A DNA stretch of 64,000 nucleotides from Octopus sinensis (Eukaryota): assembly GCF_006345805.1 (NCBI RefSeq), contig NC_043002.1, positions 10,726,001 to 10,790,000 of the forward strand, in the 5' to 3' direction. Made by a program: the position numbers and the translations under genes. Of this stretch, positions 50,603-64,000 are shown in pieces. Under the pieces are notes generated by a model. It had not been told where the DNA came from, did no database searches, and saw only the letters and a list, made by a program, of their open reading frames with translations. The stretch's first letter is position 1; every line of letters begins with the position of its first letter.

Positions 50603-51442
50603 TGTGTGTGTATTCGACGAAATTCCAACTCAGTTTACGTCTATAAAATCCAATCACAAGATATTGGTTGATCCAGGGCTATACTAAAAGATACTTGGCC
50701 AAAGTATTTCACGGTGGGACTGAACCTGAAAGCACGTGTTTGCTAAGCGAGGTTCTTAACCAAACAGCCGTGCCTAGCTTCTATTTTTCGCTCCTATAGC
50801 TTCCATTTACATTATACTGATATATGAAACAACCGTAATACTGCATTAAACATTGCGTCATGCAAACTATATGTCTTAGAGTATGCCCGTGTATGTGTGT
50901 GTGTGTGTTTATGTGTGTGTTTCAGTGTGTGTGTGTGTGTATGTGAGTGTTCGATATGTAAGAAATCTATGAGCCTGTATGGCCCCACATGACAGAATGC
51001 TTTGTATTGAGAGCGAAAAACAAACGCGGTTTCTTCGTTCACTTGAAAAAAAAAACGGAATAGCTCGGAGGAAAAAAATGTCGCCATGGGACTTCAGCGT
51101 ATGAGGTTATATAAGTCCATACTTTTTGTACTGTGGTGCATGGGAGTAATGTTTCTACATTATTTACCCCCCAAAGACTGGTGTCGTGACGTGTAATTGA
51201 TAATTGTTACTTATAAATATTCATTGACATCTTTTATGAAATATATATTTCTTCCCTTAATCTGAGTTGTACTTATTTACTTCATTTAAGATTTATGAAT
51301 GCGCTGCATACAGACACATATATATATATGTATGAATCTGTATATAAATATATGTATGCAAAAGTGTACATATATATATATATTCATATATGTGTGTATA
51401 TATATGTGTGTACATATATATGTGTATACAATATACATATAA

Positions 51443-51481
<39 letters not shown>

Positions 51482-51559
51482 TTATATGATATATGTATAT
51501 GGATATATATGTATATATATGTATATGTATATATATATGTATATATATATGATATTATG

Positions 51560-51600
<41 letters not shown>

Positions 51601-51718
51601 CGGTATATATATATATATATGTAAATATAGTATATATTGATATATAATATATATATATATATATGTTTATCTAATATAGTGTATCATACATACATATATA
51701 TATATGTTATATACTAGA

Positions 51719-51798
<80 letters not shown>

Positions 51799-51802
51799 AT
51801 AT

Positions 51803-52030
51803 AGGCGCAGGAGTGGTTGCGTGGTAAGAAGCTTGCTTCCCAACCACATGGTTCTGGGTTCAGTCCCACTGAGAGTGGCAACTTCTACAGTGGCTTCTAC
51901 TATAGCCTCGAACCGACCAAAGCCTTGTGAGTGGATTTGGTGGAGGGAACCTGAAAGAAGCCCGTCACATGTGTATATATTATATATGTGTGTTGTGTGT
52001 GTGTGTGTGTGTGTGTCTGTGTTTGGATAC
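51803..52030 (+). mobile_element. SINE family B, 5' half
   Basis: Head through internal microsatellite. Confidence 0.85.
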
Positions 52031-52168
52031 AACTAGGCAACTGCATGGGTCCCCCCGTTGTCCGTGAACCCTGTGACATATCCATCTCATCGGAACTAGT
52101 GCTTTCGGTACTCTGTGATCACATCATTCACTCCGTTCCATTCTCGAATTATCTGGTTTCGAGTGTAC

Positions 52169-52322
52169 TTTCATAGTGATGTTCCTAGCATGAATCTTTG
52201 CATGGCCCTTGGCGTCGTAGCCAATCGACGTTCTGTCCTCTTCGTGGTAGCCCATCCATATGTCTCTATGTGCAGGGTACGATGGGTAAACAATGACGGG
52301 ATAACCGACCTTCATCAACTTG
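52169..52322 (-). CDS. Candidate exon KLMKVGYPVIVYPSYPAHRDIWMGYHEEDRTSIGYDAKGHAKIHARNITMK, phase 2 to 0 (alternative donor at 52132)
   Basis: Strong acceptor cctgtttttttag; donor gtacac; higher GC and protein-like composition; product not recognised. Confidence 0.55.
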
Positions 52323-52499
52323 CTAAAAAAACAGGTATTAATTTTACATTGTCTTTATTCTTAGTGGAAGTTTTGAAGAGTACAATTCAGTATATGGGGA
52401 TCAGACAGCAAGCGTAAGCCAGTGTCTATGGCGGTTTTAGAATTTCGAAGCCGGAAACAACAGCTTAGAATACGAGATTCGTCCGGAAAGATCTGTAGA

Positions 52500-53040
52500 C
52501 CTCAATGAGGGCATCCTGCAAATCCGGGTGGAATAAAATCCCATCGAAACTGTTGAGGAACTCCCAGAGAAAGATTCGATTTAGTCATTCAACCTGTTAT
52601 TCAAGTCAGTGCTAGAAGAAAAATGACCATCTTTGGTTCCTAGACGAAATTGTTCTTCCATTAGGATAATGTTCGGCCAAATACAGTGTGGATGACATTC
52701 CAAAGGCTGGAGTAGTTCAAATGGGAAATGATGCCCCACACAACATATTCAACTCACTTTTCCCATCTAATTATCATTTATTTGGCAGTCTCCAAAATCA
52801 TTTGGACGGAAAAAATATGAATTCTGCAGACGAGGTCATAATAGTACTGGGGTAGCATTTTTCGCCACGGACAAATGAATTTTGGAAGGTGGACCTTGCA
52901 AGTCTACCAGATAGATGGAAGAACATTGTAGAAAATGAAGGAAAGTATATTTTAGGCGGAAAAAGACCTTTGTCAATTTTAATTTTGAAAAATAAAATAA
53001 GTATGAACAAAACCACAATATTTAGGGGATGATCATCCAA
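52500..53040 (+). mobile_element. Decayed, internally deleted mariner
   Basis: NPIETVEEL..FSHST; DNVRPNT; SNYHLFGSLQNHLDGK...SLPDRWKNIVENEGKYI. Confidence 0.85.
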
Positions 53041-53054
53041 TATATATATATTTA

Positions 53055-53111
<57 letters not shown>

Positions 53112-53209
53112 AAGACAGACAGACAGACAGATAGATAGACAGACAGATAGATAGATAGATACATAGATAGATAGATAGATAGATAGATAGACAGAAAGAA
53201 AGAAAGATG

Positions 53210-53271
<62 letters not shown>

Positions 53272-53919
53272 AAATTATTTATCTACATACAATCACATAT
53301 ATATCTACATATATATAGATACGAGCAAAACGCCCCCCCCCCGTCCAATGGACGGTGCTGAGTTATGAAACATTCAAACCAAATTTTCTCAAGACCACTT
53401 GTCCGACCGTCCCATAGGCCTCTCCTTTGAGAAACACTGAGTTAACCTAAATTGGAGACACCAGCAAAAGAATAAATAAAGATAGACATTTTTTTTTCTA
53501 TTCCAAGGAAAAACAATTTTATTCACACAAATATGCAATCGAAGAGTTTAAAGTACCAGTAATGATAAGGCTGTTGACTGGGAGAACACAAACATGGTTT
53601 AAATAGTAAGCTTGGCAGGAAAGAAACGTGCCTTTAAGCAGTACAAAAACAACAAAACATGGACGGTGCAGTTATGTACAGGTTGACAGAAGAAAAGCAG
53701 GACAAAAACGATGCATGCAAATGGTTTAGCTGGAGGTAAATCTAGATGGAAAAGCATGATGAATTTATGAGAACGTACCTGGGACAATAATAAGTTTATC
53801 CGATAAAACATGTAGGAAATCAACTTAGGGCGATTTCTGATGAAAAGCAACAACCTAGGGAACTAAGTAACTAATTTTAAGCTAACTTACTTTACGGGAT
53901 GTTCAAGGGCATGGAAAAG

Positions 53920-54195
53920 CTAGTGGAGCGCAGCGTTGTAAACCATATTCTTTGTTACTCCGTCTGGAGTACGCGTAGTATCGACAGCTGATGTACTTGC
54001 GCGTACAAATACACGTTCCCACGGCTTTATCGACCGCATTCTCACCTGGAATCGATTTTTGTAATTTTTTCTGGACTTATACACGCCATGATACCGTCGG
54101 TATCTGCATATCAAATTTCAGCGCAATCGGATGGAGGATGCCCGAGATCCTAGAAGACACACACACAGACAGTCACAACGGAATTTGTATATTAT
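53920..54195 (-). mobile_element. Helitron/HINE-like non-autonomous element
   Basis: CTAG end and a CAAATTTCAGCGCAATCGG...CACACAGACAG segment; similar layout to 31834-32229. Confidence 0.45.
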
Positions 54196-54411
54196 ACATG
54201 TGTGTGTGTGTGTGCGTGTGTGTGTGTATACCAGAGAAGCGTATAAATGGGAAACAAGGTGGAGAAAATAGTACTCGAATACAGGACGTAGAGGAAGTAA
54301 TATACGAGATATATATATATATATATATATATATGGTCATACATATGTCTATTTAAAGCATGATTACATATGGCTATGCATACACATAGGTGTGCATATT
54401 ATATATATATA

Positions 54412-54453
<42 letters not shown>

Positions 54454-54746
54454 CGTATGTATGTAATGTATTATATGTATGTAATATATATATATATAAT
54501 ATATATATTCAACATGTACTATAGTCAGATATACGCCTACATTACATTTGTGTATATGTGTGTGTGTCAGTATGGGTTTGCATGTGAGTGTATAGATATG
54601 TATGTATATAAAGATATAACAACACAGATATATAATTCTTACATGAAATATATATACATACATACATAATATATATATATATTATATATAATATATATAT
54701 ATATTATTTATATAATACATATATATATATATATTATATATATATA

Positions 54747-54792
<46 letters not shown>

Positions 54793-55619
54793 TACTGATG
54801 TGTATGTATGCATATGTATACATACAAATATATTCGCAAACTCGCCGGATAGATTTCCGATAAACAGGTATATATGAAAAGAAATAATCGATAACTAATA
54901 TTTTGAAAATTACATTTTAGTTGATTTTTCTGTCTCTTTATCTCTCCCCATCACTCTCTATCTATTCCAGACTCTCTCTCTCTCTCTCTCTATTTCTTTC
55001 TCAAGCTCTCTTATCCTCTTTCATTCTCTCTCCTTCTTATCTTGCCCCGAGGCTTGGAAATTCTTTGAAGATTCTTCTGGTGACTTAGTTGGCACATCAT
55101 CAACTACATTACACTCATTCGTTTGTTGTTGTTGTTGTTGTTGTTGTTGTTGCTGCAGTTCTTCGTCTTCCTTACCTCCCCGCCCCCTTTACGTTTAGAG
55201 TTAGGAAAAGAGGTGGATATGTAGGAAGAAAGAGAGGAAGAAACTTGTGAGAATGAGAAAGAGAGGGTTTGAGAATGAGAAGAAAAAAAATAGAGAAAAT
55301 GTTTTTTTAATATTTTTTTTATCAGGTTCTTACTTCACCTATATAATATTTAGTACTTTTTTTTATGGTTTCTGTTTACTAATAAGTATTAAATTCCTGT
55401 GTATGCGTACCTGTATATTTGTGAGTGTAAAGATACGTTCGCGTGTGAGATTAATGTGTATGCATTAGTACATGCGTATATGGAGACGTATCATTTTGTG
55501 ATGAGGATGTGCGTGTATGTGTTTTGGATATGTCCGTGTGTCGTTGAAACCTGTATATGTCTGTAGGAGCTTATGTGACTATTTTGTTCATATATGTCTT
55601 CTGTTACTCTTGTCCGCAT

Positions 55620-55640
55620 AAATATATATCTATATATATA

Positions 55641-55681
<41 letters not shown>

Positions 55682-55722
55682 TACATAACATATACATATA
55701 TATATATGTAATATGTATAATA

Positions 55723-55790
<68 letters not shown>

Positions 55791-55797
55791 TTGTATA

Positions 55798-55844
<47 letters not shown>

Positions 55845-55884
55845 GTATATATATATATGTATATATATATATATGTATATGTTA

Positions 55885-55963
<79 letters not shown>

Positions 55964-56010
55964 TCATATATGAGTGTGTGTGTGTGTGTGTATGTGTGTA
56001 TATTATGTGT
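55620..56010. repeat. (TA)n/(TG)n compound microsatellite
   Basis: Direct. Confidence 0.95.
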
Positions 56011-57189
56011 GTGCGTTTTCTGTGTGTTGTAGCTGATGAACTATCTAAATATTGAGTGCACCTAGTACGAATCAAGTGCTGAATCCGTATGAGATCTTCA
56101 AGTCGATAACGTCTTCCTACATTCAACTGACTCAGCTTAAATCGTAGACCACCCCTGTACCCTCACTAGACATGTTTCTACATGACACTGGGACATCGTT
56201 ATGGAAGCTGTTCTTGTATACCTCTCCTCTCCTATCCTTTCTTTACCCTATACTAAATCTATAGCTTTATTCACATGTCACTACCTGTCGTATCGTATTG
56301 ATTCCGCTATAACCCGACTCGCGACTGTCGCAAGATCTCTGTGCCTCTCTAGTTATCTTGGCGCAAACACGACTTTGATATACAGTCAAAATACATGGCA
56401 CCTTTCTTCATTCGGCGTATCATCGGTACCGTTGTTCTTGTTTTTGTTGTTTCTCATCACAGCTGAAATACCATTTCTTCTACTCATAGTTTTGCCCTAA
56501 CAAGTCTGGTATATGACTTAAGGTAATCCAATTATGACCACCTCGTGTCCTTTTCAAGCAATAAGGCTATCCATTTTATCCCTTATTTTAAAATGTTCCC
56601 GACATCGGTTTAATATATGAGAATACGTAAGAATTCCTCTCGTGTCTAGATCCTCCGTAGATGTTCCCTAATTGGCTGGTCGATTCTACGTCATCAATAT
56701 GCTTTATTTTTGATATTTTCTCAAAATTCCAAATTTTCTCTGCCTGTCTTCCTTTCGACGTAATCCACTTTCCTCCTCACACCTAACACTGACGCATGGC
56801 GTTAGATCGCCACATCGGACGTGATAGAGAATATAGCACTATGTCCTTCCAAAAACAGGGGTCAAGGTGAAGTGATAAGCTGGCCACTGCATCACATAAC
56901 AGTTCATAAAATTGAACACGAAAGAACAGTGGTGTCCTCTGTTTACTTCTAACCTTTGGAGTAGATGTCTTGTAGATATTTTTTGTTTTATTCCGAAAGA
57001 CATTTTAACAATATATGATCGGTTAGAGGGCTCATTACAAGCCCTCAGTACTGCACAAAACCACAAAAAGTTCTTTAACTTGTACTCTATATTGGATGCC
57101 TGAGCGAAGTGTTATGACTGGTGCTTGTTATTACAAAAATTTCCAGTTGCTACAGGTGTAGAAGTAAAAGTTATTGATATATTTTGTAC

Positions 57190-57345
57190 CAAGAAAAGCC
57201 GCAAAAAATCCCAACAGTAGCACTCCAGTGAAGGTAATGTCCCATGGACAACACTTGGTGCAGCATCGGAAACTGTAACCAGCAGGGTTGCTTCATGACT
57301 TAGGTACGATAACGGTAATTCAGAAAAAGAGCAGTATGTAGGAGA
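57190..57345 (-). CDS. Candidate exon SPTYCSFSELPLSYLSHEATLLVTVSDAAPSVVHGTLPSLECYCWDFLRLFL, phase 0 to 0
   Basis: Acceptor ttttgtgcttcattag, donor gtacaa, 52 open codons. Confidence 0.35.
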
Positions 57346-58039
57346 CTAATGAAGCACAAAATAAATAAATAAATGAATAAATAAATAAATGAATAAATAA
57401 AATACCTGAATGAAAAGAATACACTTCAACATAAGAGAAGTAAAATGTTTAAGAAGCTTTTTTTCCCGGATAACGAATTGAAATTCTCAGTTCTTCGAAA
57501 GATAAATGAAGAACTGATAGTAGTCAGAAACGAACTAAAACAAGATGAGTGGACTTGTCCGAATTTGTGGAGCGCTGGTTTTATGAAATCCTACGGTTCT
57601 ATTTCGTACTACTTGTGGAAGGGTGGTTCAAGCTGGTTACATCTCGTATATTACAATTTTCCGAAGAACTAATCTGACAGTGAGATGGCTACCCAAAATG
57701 ATTTTCAGATGCTTTTCTTTAAATGCAATGAAATCCTGCCTGAAGCAGTTTAATTGTAAATCCTCACATTTTTCATAATAAGTAATCTCATAAACTTCAC
57801 AGTCATCCCTCGCCACACAAGAAACAGTCGGTCATCAAGATTTAGCTTAATTTCTTTTTGTTATTTTTGTCAAAATGATCCAATTAAATTCTTATCAATT
57901 TTATTTTATTTTATCAAAATTTTTCTATTCAATTTTTATCAGTTCCTATGAAGTATGTTTTTCGCTTCCTTTCCTTCACTAGTTTAGCCACTGAAGTCGA
58001 TGTAATTGACATACCCCCTCACCCCAATCGTTGGAACAA

Positions 58040-58460
<421 letters not shown>

Positions 58461-58537
58461 TAAGACGACTACTGGGGTTGATGTAATCGGTTTGCCCCTC
58501 CTCCAAAATTTCAGGCCCTTTGCCTTTAGTAGAAAGG

Positions 58538-58946
58538 AAGGCGGCGAGCTGGCAGAATCGTTAGCACGCCGGGCGAAATGCCTAGCGGTATTTCGTCTGC
58601 CGTTACGTTCTGAGTTCAAATTCCGCCGAGGTCGACTTTGCTTTCATCCTTTCGGGGTCGATAAATTAAGTACCAGTTACGCACTGGGGTCGATATAATC
58701 GACTTAATCCGTTTGTCTGTCCTTGTTTGTCCCCTCTGTGTTTAGCCCCTTGTGGGTAATAAAGAAATAGGTATTTCGTCTGCCGTTACGTTCTGAGTTC
58801 AAATTCCGCCGAGGTCGACTTTGCCTTTCATCCTTTCGGGGTCGATAAATTAAGTACCAGTTAGCACTGGGTTCGACATAATCGACTTAATCCGTTTGTC
58901 TGTCCTTGTTCGTCCCCTCTATGTTTAGCCCCTTGTGGGTAGTAAA
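58538..58946 (+). mobile_element. SINE family A dimer
   Basis: Junction AAAGAAATAG|GTATTTCG as at 18138. Confidence 0.9.
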
Positions 58947-58947
58947 A

Positions 58948-58989
<42 letters not shown>

Positions 58990-60003
58990 CTAAGCGGTAT
59001 TTCATATCTCTGTTGAAATTCCATTGAGGTCAATTTTGCCTTCCATCTTTTCGGGGTCGATGTAATCAACTCGTCCCCTTCTCGAAAATTCCATTCTTTC
59101 TGTTTTTTTGTAGAAAGGATTGCCATTATTTCGATGTGTCAGTAGTAACCTGCTTTTGTTCGCTCGTTGGTTTGCATAATTTCCATCGGATTAGATGCTA
59201 AACGAAACAAACACTTTGCGTGAACTACATTCACTGAAGCGGGGTTTGTTCATGCTATTTCTGATATTTTTCCCCTAATGAAGTTTCAAAAAGAAACTTA
59301 TCTAGTGTTAACAGGTTGAAACGAGTAAAAGAGTAAAACTGGAATTTTTCGCACAATTACCGTTTTTTGCCACCAAGCATTTAAATCTTGCCAACTAAAG
59401 CGACAAGTTACGTTATCGAAGTTTCGAATAGGCACAAAAGTCTTGTAAACAAGATTATGTAGGCATCTGTACTTTTACGACTTTGCAGAAAGAAAGTTCA
59501 CTTTTTATAGGTAAGCACATCTCAGACTATTATACATACCATAATCCGTTTTGCAGGCATTATCTTTGCTTATTGTGTATGCATACAAAGCGCGTGCTGT
59601 AGAGTTTTACTTGGTTTCACTAACGCTCTGAAGATCGTGGTTTCGATTTCTGTACAGTCTAGTGTGTTGAAGAGCTGAATTAATTTTTCGTCTGCATCCG
59701 GGAGCAATGCGAGCAAAAAGCTTGGCACCCTCTCTTTACTAGAACATTTCCACTTACGGGCCTTCGTGAGTGTCATCCTTGGGTCTTCTAATTTGATGTC
59801 TTCTCATACTTGTTCTGGTAAATTTTGGTAGGATCCTTCTTTCGCATTTTCCTTGTATTTCTCCTCATCACTCCAAATCTTTTTACATCTTCTTCATGGG
59901 AATATGTGTGTGCCTTCATCAGATATTTTCTTTCTCCCTACTCATCTATTTTTCCCGAGAACCAAATTCTCCCTCTTTCCGTCTTTCTCTCTCTCTCTAT
60001 ATA

Positions 60004-60064
<61 letters not shown>

Positions 60065-60141
60065 TGATGTTACATGATGGTATTATAAATTAATATCTGG
60101 TTTAATTTTCACCCTCATTTATGACTTTAATATATATATAT

Positions 60142-60172
<31 letters not shown>

Positions 60173-60306
60173 TATATACAAATATTCTATAATTTTAAAC
60201 ACAATTATAATTAGGGGGCAGGTAACTGCTTTGCCACGCACCGAATGTAGAAATATGAGCTAAAATTCCTTTTCTACTACCGTAGAAATTTACCAGACAG
60301 TAACAC

Positions 60307-60345
<39 letters not shown>

Positions 60346-60449
60346 AGAGAGAGAGAGAGAGAGAGAGAGAATCAGACAGACCGACATACAGGTAGATAGA
60401 TAGATAGATAGAGAGATAGATAGATAGAGAGATAGATAGATAGATAGAG

Positions 60450-60488
<39 letters not shown>

Positions 60489-60844
60489 GGAGTTTGTTTT
60501 GAGTTTTAAAAATGCATCTAATACTCAAAACGTGCAGTCGTTTTTAGAGTTTGTAATAAATTTATTCCCATAATAAACCGGTTTTGACAATCTTTTAACT
60601 CATTTTTATTTTTGGTAAGCAAAACTTGTCGAAACCGGTTTGGTATTTGAATAAATCTAATACAAAATTTTAAAACGACTACACTTTTTGAGGTTCAGGA
60701 GCATTTTAAAACCGCCAAACAAATTTTTCTATATTCTTTCCTGCGTGGAATACACTTCTTTCTATCTAGCTCCCTATCTATCTTTCTGTCTGACTGTCTG
60801 TCTGTCTCTTTTCTCTCTCTCTCTCTCTCTCTGCACACACACAC

Positions 60845-60881
<37 letters not shown>

Positions 60882-61334
60882 GTGTGGAGAATCTATGGAA
60901 TGAAATTCCATAAATCCCATCAATTTTGCTAAGAATGGAGGAGAGTAGTCGTTAAAATAAATAAGTTTAATTCTTGCAGACAATCGTTTCGTTCAGAGAT
61001 ATAATAATAATATAAATTCATGACTGAATTAAACTAAATTAATTACATATCAACGTACTCTTCAGAGCTGGAAATCAAGAAAACATAACACAAGGAACTT
61101 AAAACGGAATATAGTAGAAAGAATTGGATCTACGAGATACATATTTGTATCCATGTGAGAAAGAGATAGGAGCCGTGTCGGATATTTAACCATAACTAAC
61201 GGCTTCAACGGTTATTTGAAGATATAAGTAAAGATGTATCAGAGACGTTCCCTCTATAGATGAGTGAAGTTATTAGAATCTTAGCTCCATATAAGTAGTG
61301 TAGGGCAAATAAGTATTAGAAATGTATTAAAAGT

Positions 61335-61655
61335 GAAGGCGCGTGGCTTAGTGGTTAGGGCATTCGGCTCATGATCGTAAGGTCGTGAGTTCAATTCCCG
61401 GCGGCGTGTTGTGTCCTTCAGCAAGACACTTTATTTCCGTTGCTTCAGTCCACTCAGCTGGCAAAAATGAGTAGTACCTGTATTTCAAAGGGCCAGCCTT
61501 GTCACACACTGTTCACGCTGAATCTTCCCGAGAACTACGTTAGGGGTACACGTGTTTGTGGAGTTCTCACCCACTTACACGTTAATTTCACGAGCAAGCT
61601 GTTCCGTTGTTCGTATCAGCTGGGACTCTCATCGTCGCAATCGACGGAGTGTTAC
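61335..61655 (+). mobile_element. Chimeric SINE (family D head plus family C tail)
   Basis: Head GAAGGCGCGTGGCTTAGTGG...CAGTCCACTCAGCTGG joined to GTACCTGTATTTCAAAGGGCC...GACGGAGTG. Confidence 0.85.
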
Positions 61656-62692
61656 ATTTATTTTTTTAGAAATGTCCAATGGAGAGCCAATACAGAATTT
61701 AAATTAAAATTAGAACTAACCGTTGAAATCAGTTTTAGTATAATGTATTTATAAAAAAAAATTCTATACATAAGAATGAAGTTTACCGTGAGGAAATAGT
61801 GTATGAGAAGCTAATACTGAGATAGTTAACGTAAAAATGGCAGAAGAAATAGAGGAAAGAGAATAGGTTAAAGAGTGGAGATGATGCGAATAAAGGAATC
61901 ATGTTTGCATAAAAAATAATATTAGGTAACTAGTATTGATGATAAGGTAGAAAATATAAGTAAAAGCAGAAAAGCAGTTGTTAACATTACAATTGAAATA
62001 GTAAGTACTTGCTGTGTTTATAAATATAAGAAAATGAATTTGAAAATGTAGGTTAAGGGACCAAACTAAATTCAGCGGAGATAAATGAGCGGAGAAAGAG
62101 AAGAGTAAAAAAATAAAACTTTGGATATGGATGTGTTGGTAATACCGAAGGTGTATTTTAGTAGATACAAAAAGATTATTTCAGAGGTAATAATCCAGTT
62201 TCGTATAGTGCGAGAAGGTTATTCAATGACAGAATGGTTGTAATGGTATTCGAGTTGTAGGGGTTCTGTGCTAGTATGAATGTAAGAAAAAATACGAGTA
62301 GAAGGGTAAACATAAGTGTACAAATATTTACACATAATATAGAAAAATATAATCAAATAAGGAGAAGAATGTATTTATGCTTAGTCATACGTGTGTAGAG
62401 ATATCTTTACACATGAGTATATAGATACAGGAATTCTGGTAGATATAAAATTAAAGTATATATATATAAATATTAAATTTTCTAAGTCTCTCTGAAGGAA
62501 ACTACTGCAGCGGTACTGGAAATCAACAGTTACCGCCAAGCTAATATGGCAGTCCATAAATATAAGACTAAAGCTGCCGTTGATTAACTCCACGAGGCCA
62601 TCGCCTCTAGCTAGCTGTATGACACACGAACCTGTGTTCATTATAACCTTCGATCAGTGGAGGTCAGCCGCTTCCCCTTACTGGTCAGGCAT

Positions 62693-62733
62693 CTGCCGAC
62701 ATGTTTCAGGGTATTTGCCCTTTATCAATACAG
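62693..62733 (-). ncRNA. Degenerate hammerhead-like motif
   Basis: CUGUA UUGAUAA AGGG-CAAAUA-CCCU GAAAC AU GUC GGCAG; core C3 and G8 altered. Confidence 0.35.
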
Positions 62734-63039
62734 AGTAGCCAAACCCAGCAGGCGTCGCTACTGACCGTCTGTTCGAAGGATTATTTACCTAATTTCAGTG
62801 GAATACACACACTGGTTTATATATATATATATGTATAAGGTACCTGTACAAATATCCCATACAGGTGCAAAGAAATGGGGAGGCACACACATATACATAT
62901 AAATACACACATGTTATAAATTGTATATATATGTGTATGCGAACATACATATATACTCTGATACAAACGTTCATATTAATACACAGGTCTCTACCTATAT
63001 ATAAAAGTAATCACATACCTATAAATTTACATACATAAG

Positions 63040-63041
63040 TT

Positions 63042-63073
<32 letters not shown>

Positions 63074-63151
63074 CTGACACACACATACACATACACACAC
63101 ATATATACACAAATGTAATGTAGGCGTATATCTGACTATAGTACATGTTGA

Positions 63152-63182
<31 letters not shown>

Positions 63183-63343
63183 CATATAATACATATACAT
63201 ATATATATATATATATTATAATATAATATATATTTATACATTATATACACATATTTATACATTATAATATTATATATATATATTATATATACATATATAT
63301 ATACATATATATATATACTATATATAAGTATATATATGTATTA

Positions 63344-63385
<42 letters not shown>

Positions 63386-63389
63386 ATAT

Positions 63390-63423
<34 letters not shown>

Positions 63424-63440
63424 ATATATATATATGTATA
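63040..63440. repeat. (TA)n-rich compound microsatellite
   Basis: Direct. Confidence 0.95.
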
Positions 63441-64000
63441 CATATAGTGTTGAATTGTTTGTTTTTTACAAAATTAAGTGAAGTTTTGATGTGATTTACA
63501 GTTTTCATGATTCTGCATTTTGTTAATATTGACAGTTGTTTATGTTCTGCATTTGTTATCAGCTTTGGAAACTGTAAAGGCTTCCATTTTTCATGGATAT
63601 GGAACAGGAATGTTTGCTGGTTTGAGAAGCTATAAGAAATTAAAGGATTATGCACGTATAATCACAGAGTCGCTTATCGGTTAATTTTTATTAGCTGGAG
63701 GCATTTAAGAGCGCTCTTGTGATAAAACGAATGTTTACATATTTTAATGATCAGAGAAAAAAGAAAATGTAACTATTCAGAATAATTGTAGATATGTGAC
63801 TTTTAAAAATTTTTTTGAGTTTTTAAAGTACGTTTGTGCGAAAATCTGAAATTCGATTGTCTTCTCTGAAGATTTGGATGAACAAAATGCTCTTCTGTGA
63901 CAAACACAACATCGATTATCGTGTTCCTGTTTGAATCTGCTGAAACGTATCAAGACTAAATATGCAAACCGAAGGCGTGGTGGCTGTGTGGTAAGAATCT

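Noticed and set aside
57445-57672. 75-aa plus-strand ORF
   Set aside because: No recognisable motif or supporting neighbours; length compatible with chance
60577-60642. 16-bp inverted repeat containing GAAACCGGTT
   Set aside because: Possibly a PLE relic, but no catalytic core or family match visible in this window

Overview
Eukaryotic, AT-rich, microsatellite-dense genomic DNA. The SINE families and repeat landscape look like an octopus genome (inference from pattern recall, no search run). There is no CRISPR array, rRNA or bona fide tRNA gene, and almost all short ORFs in the track are artefacts of simple repeats, SINEs or antisense frames. Main contents: (1) a near-intact ~6 kb Tx1/L1-clade LINE (37960-44027, minus) plus two 5'-truncated relatives, all with junctions in (GATA)n arrays; (2) many Penelope-like element (PLE) fragments with RT or GIY-YIG remnants and fold-back ends, two of which carry complete minimal type-I hammerhead ribozyme motifs (9079-9122 and 10099-10142, minus); (3) about five modular tRNA-derived SINE types, one forming dimers, a five-unit array and a 48-bp minisatellite; (4) decayed RTE, RTE-X, CR1/L2, mariner, hAT-MITE and Helitron-like elements, often nested; (5) small minus-strand candidate exons, some phase-compatible, that may belong to one unidentified host gene with very large introns. 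Repeat boundaries are approximate unless a TSD or TIR is given.
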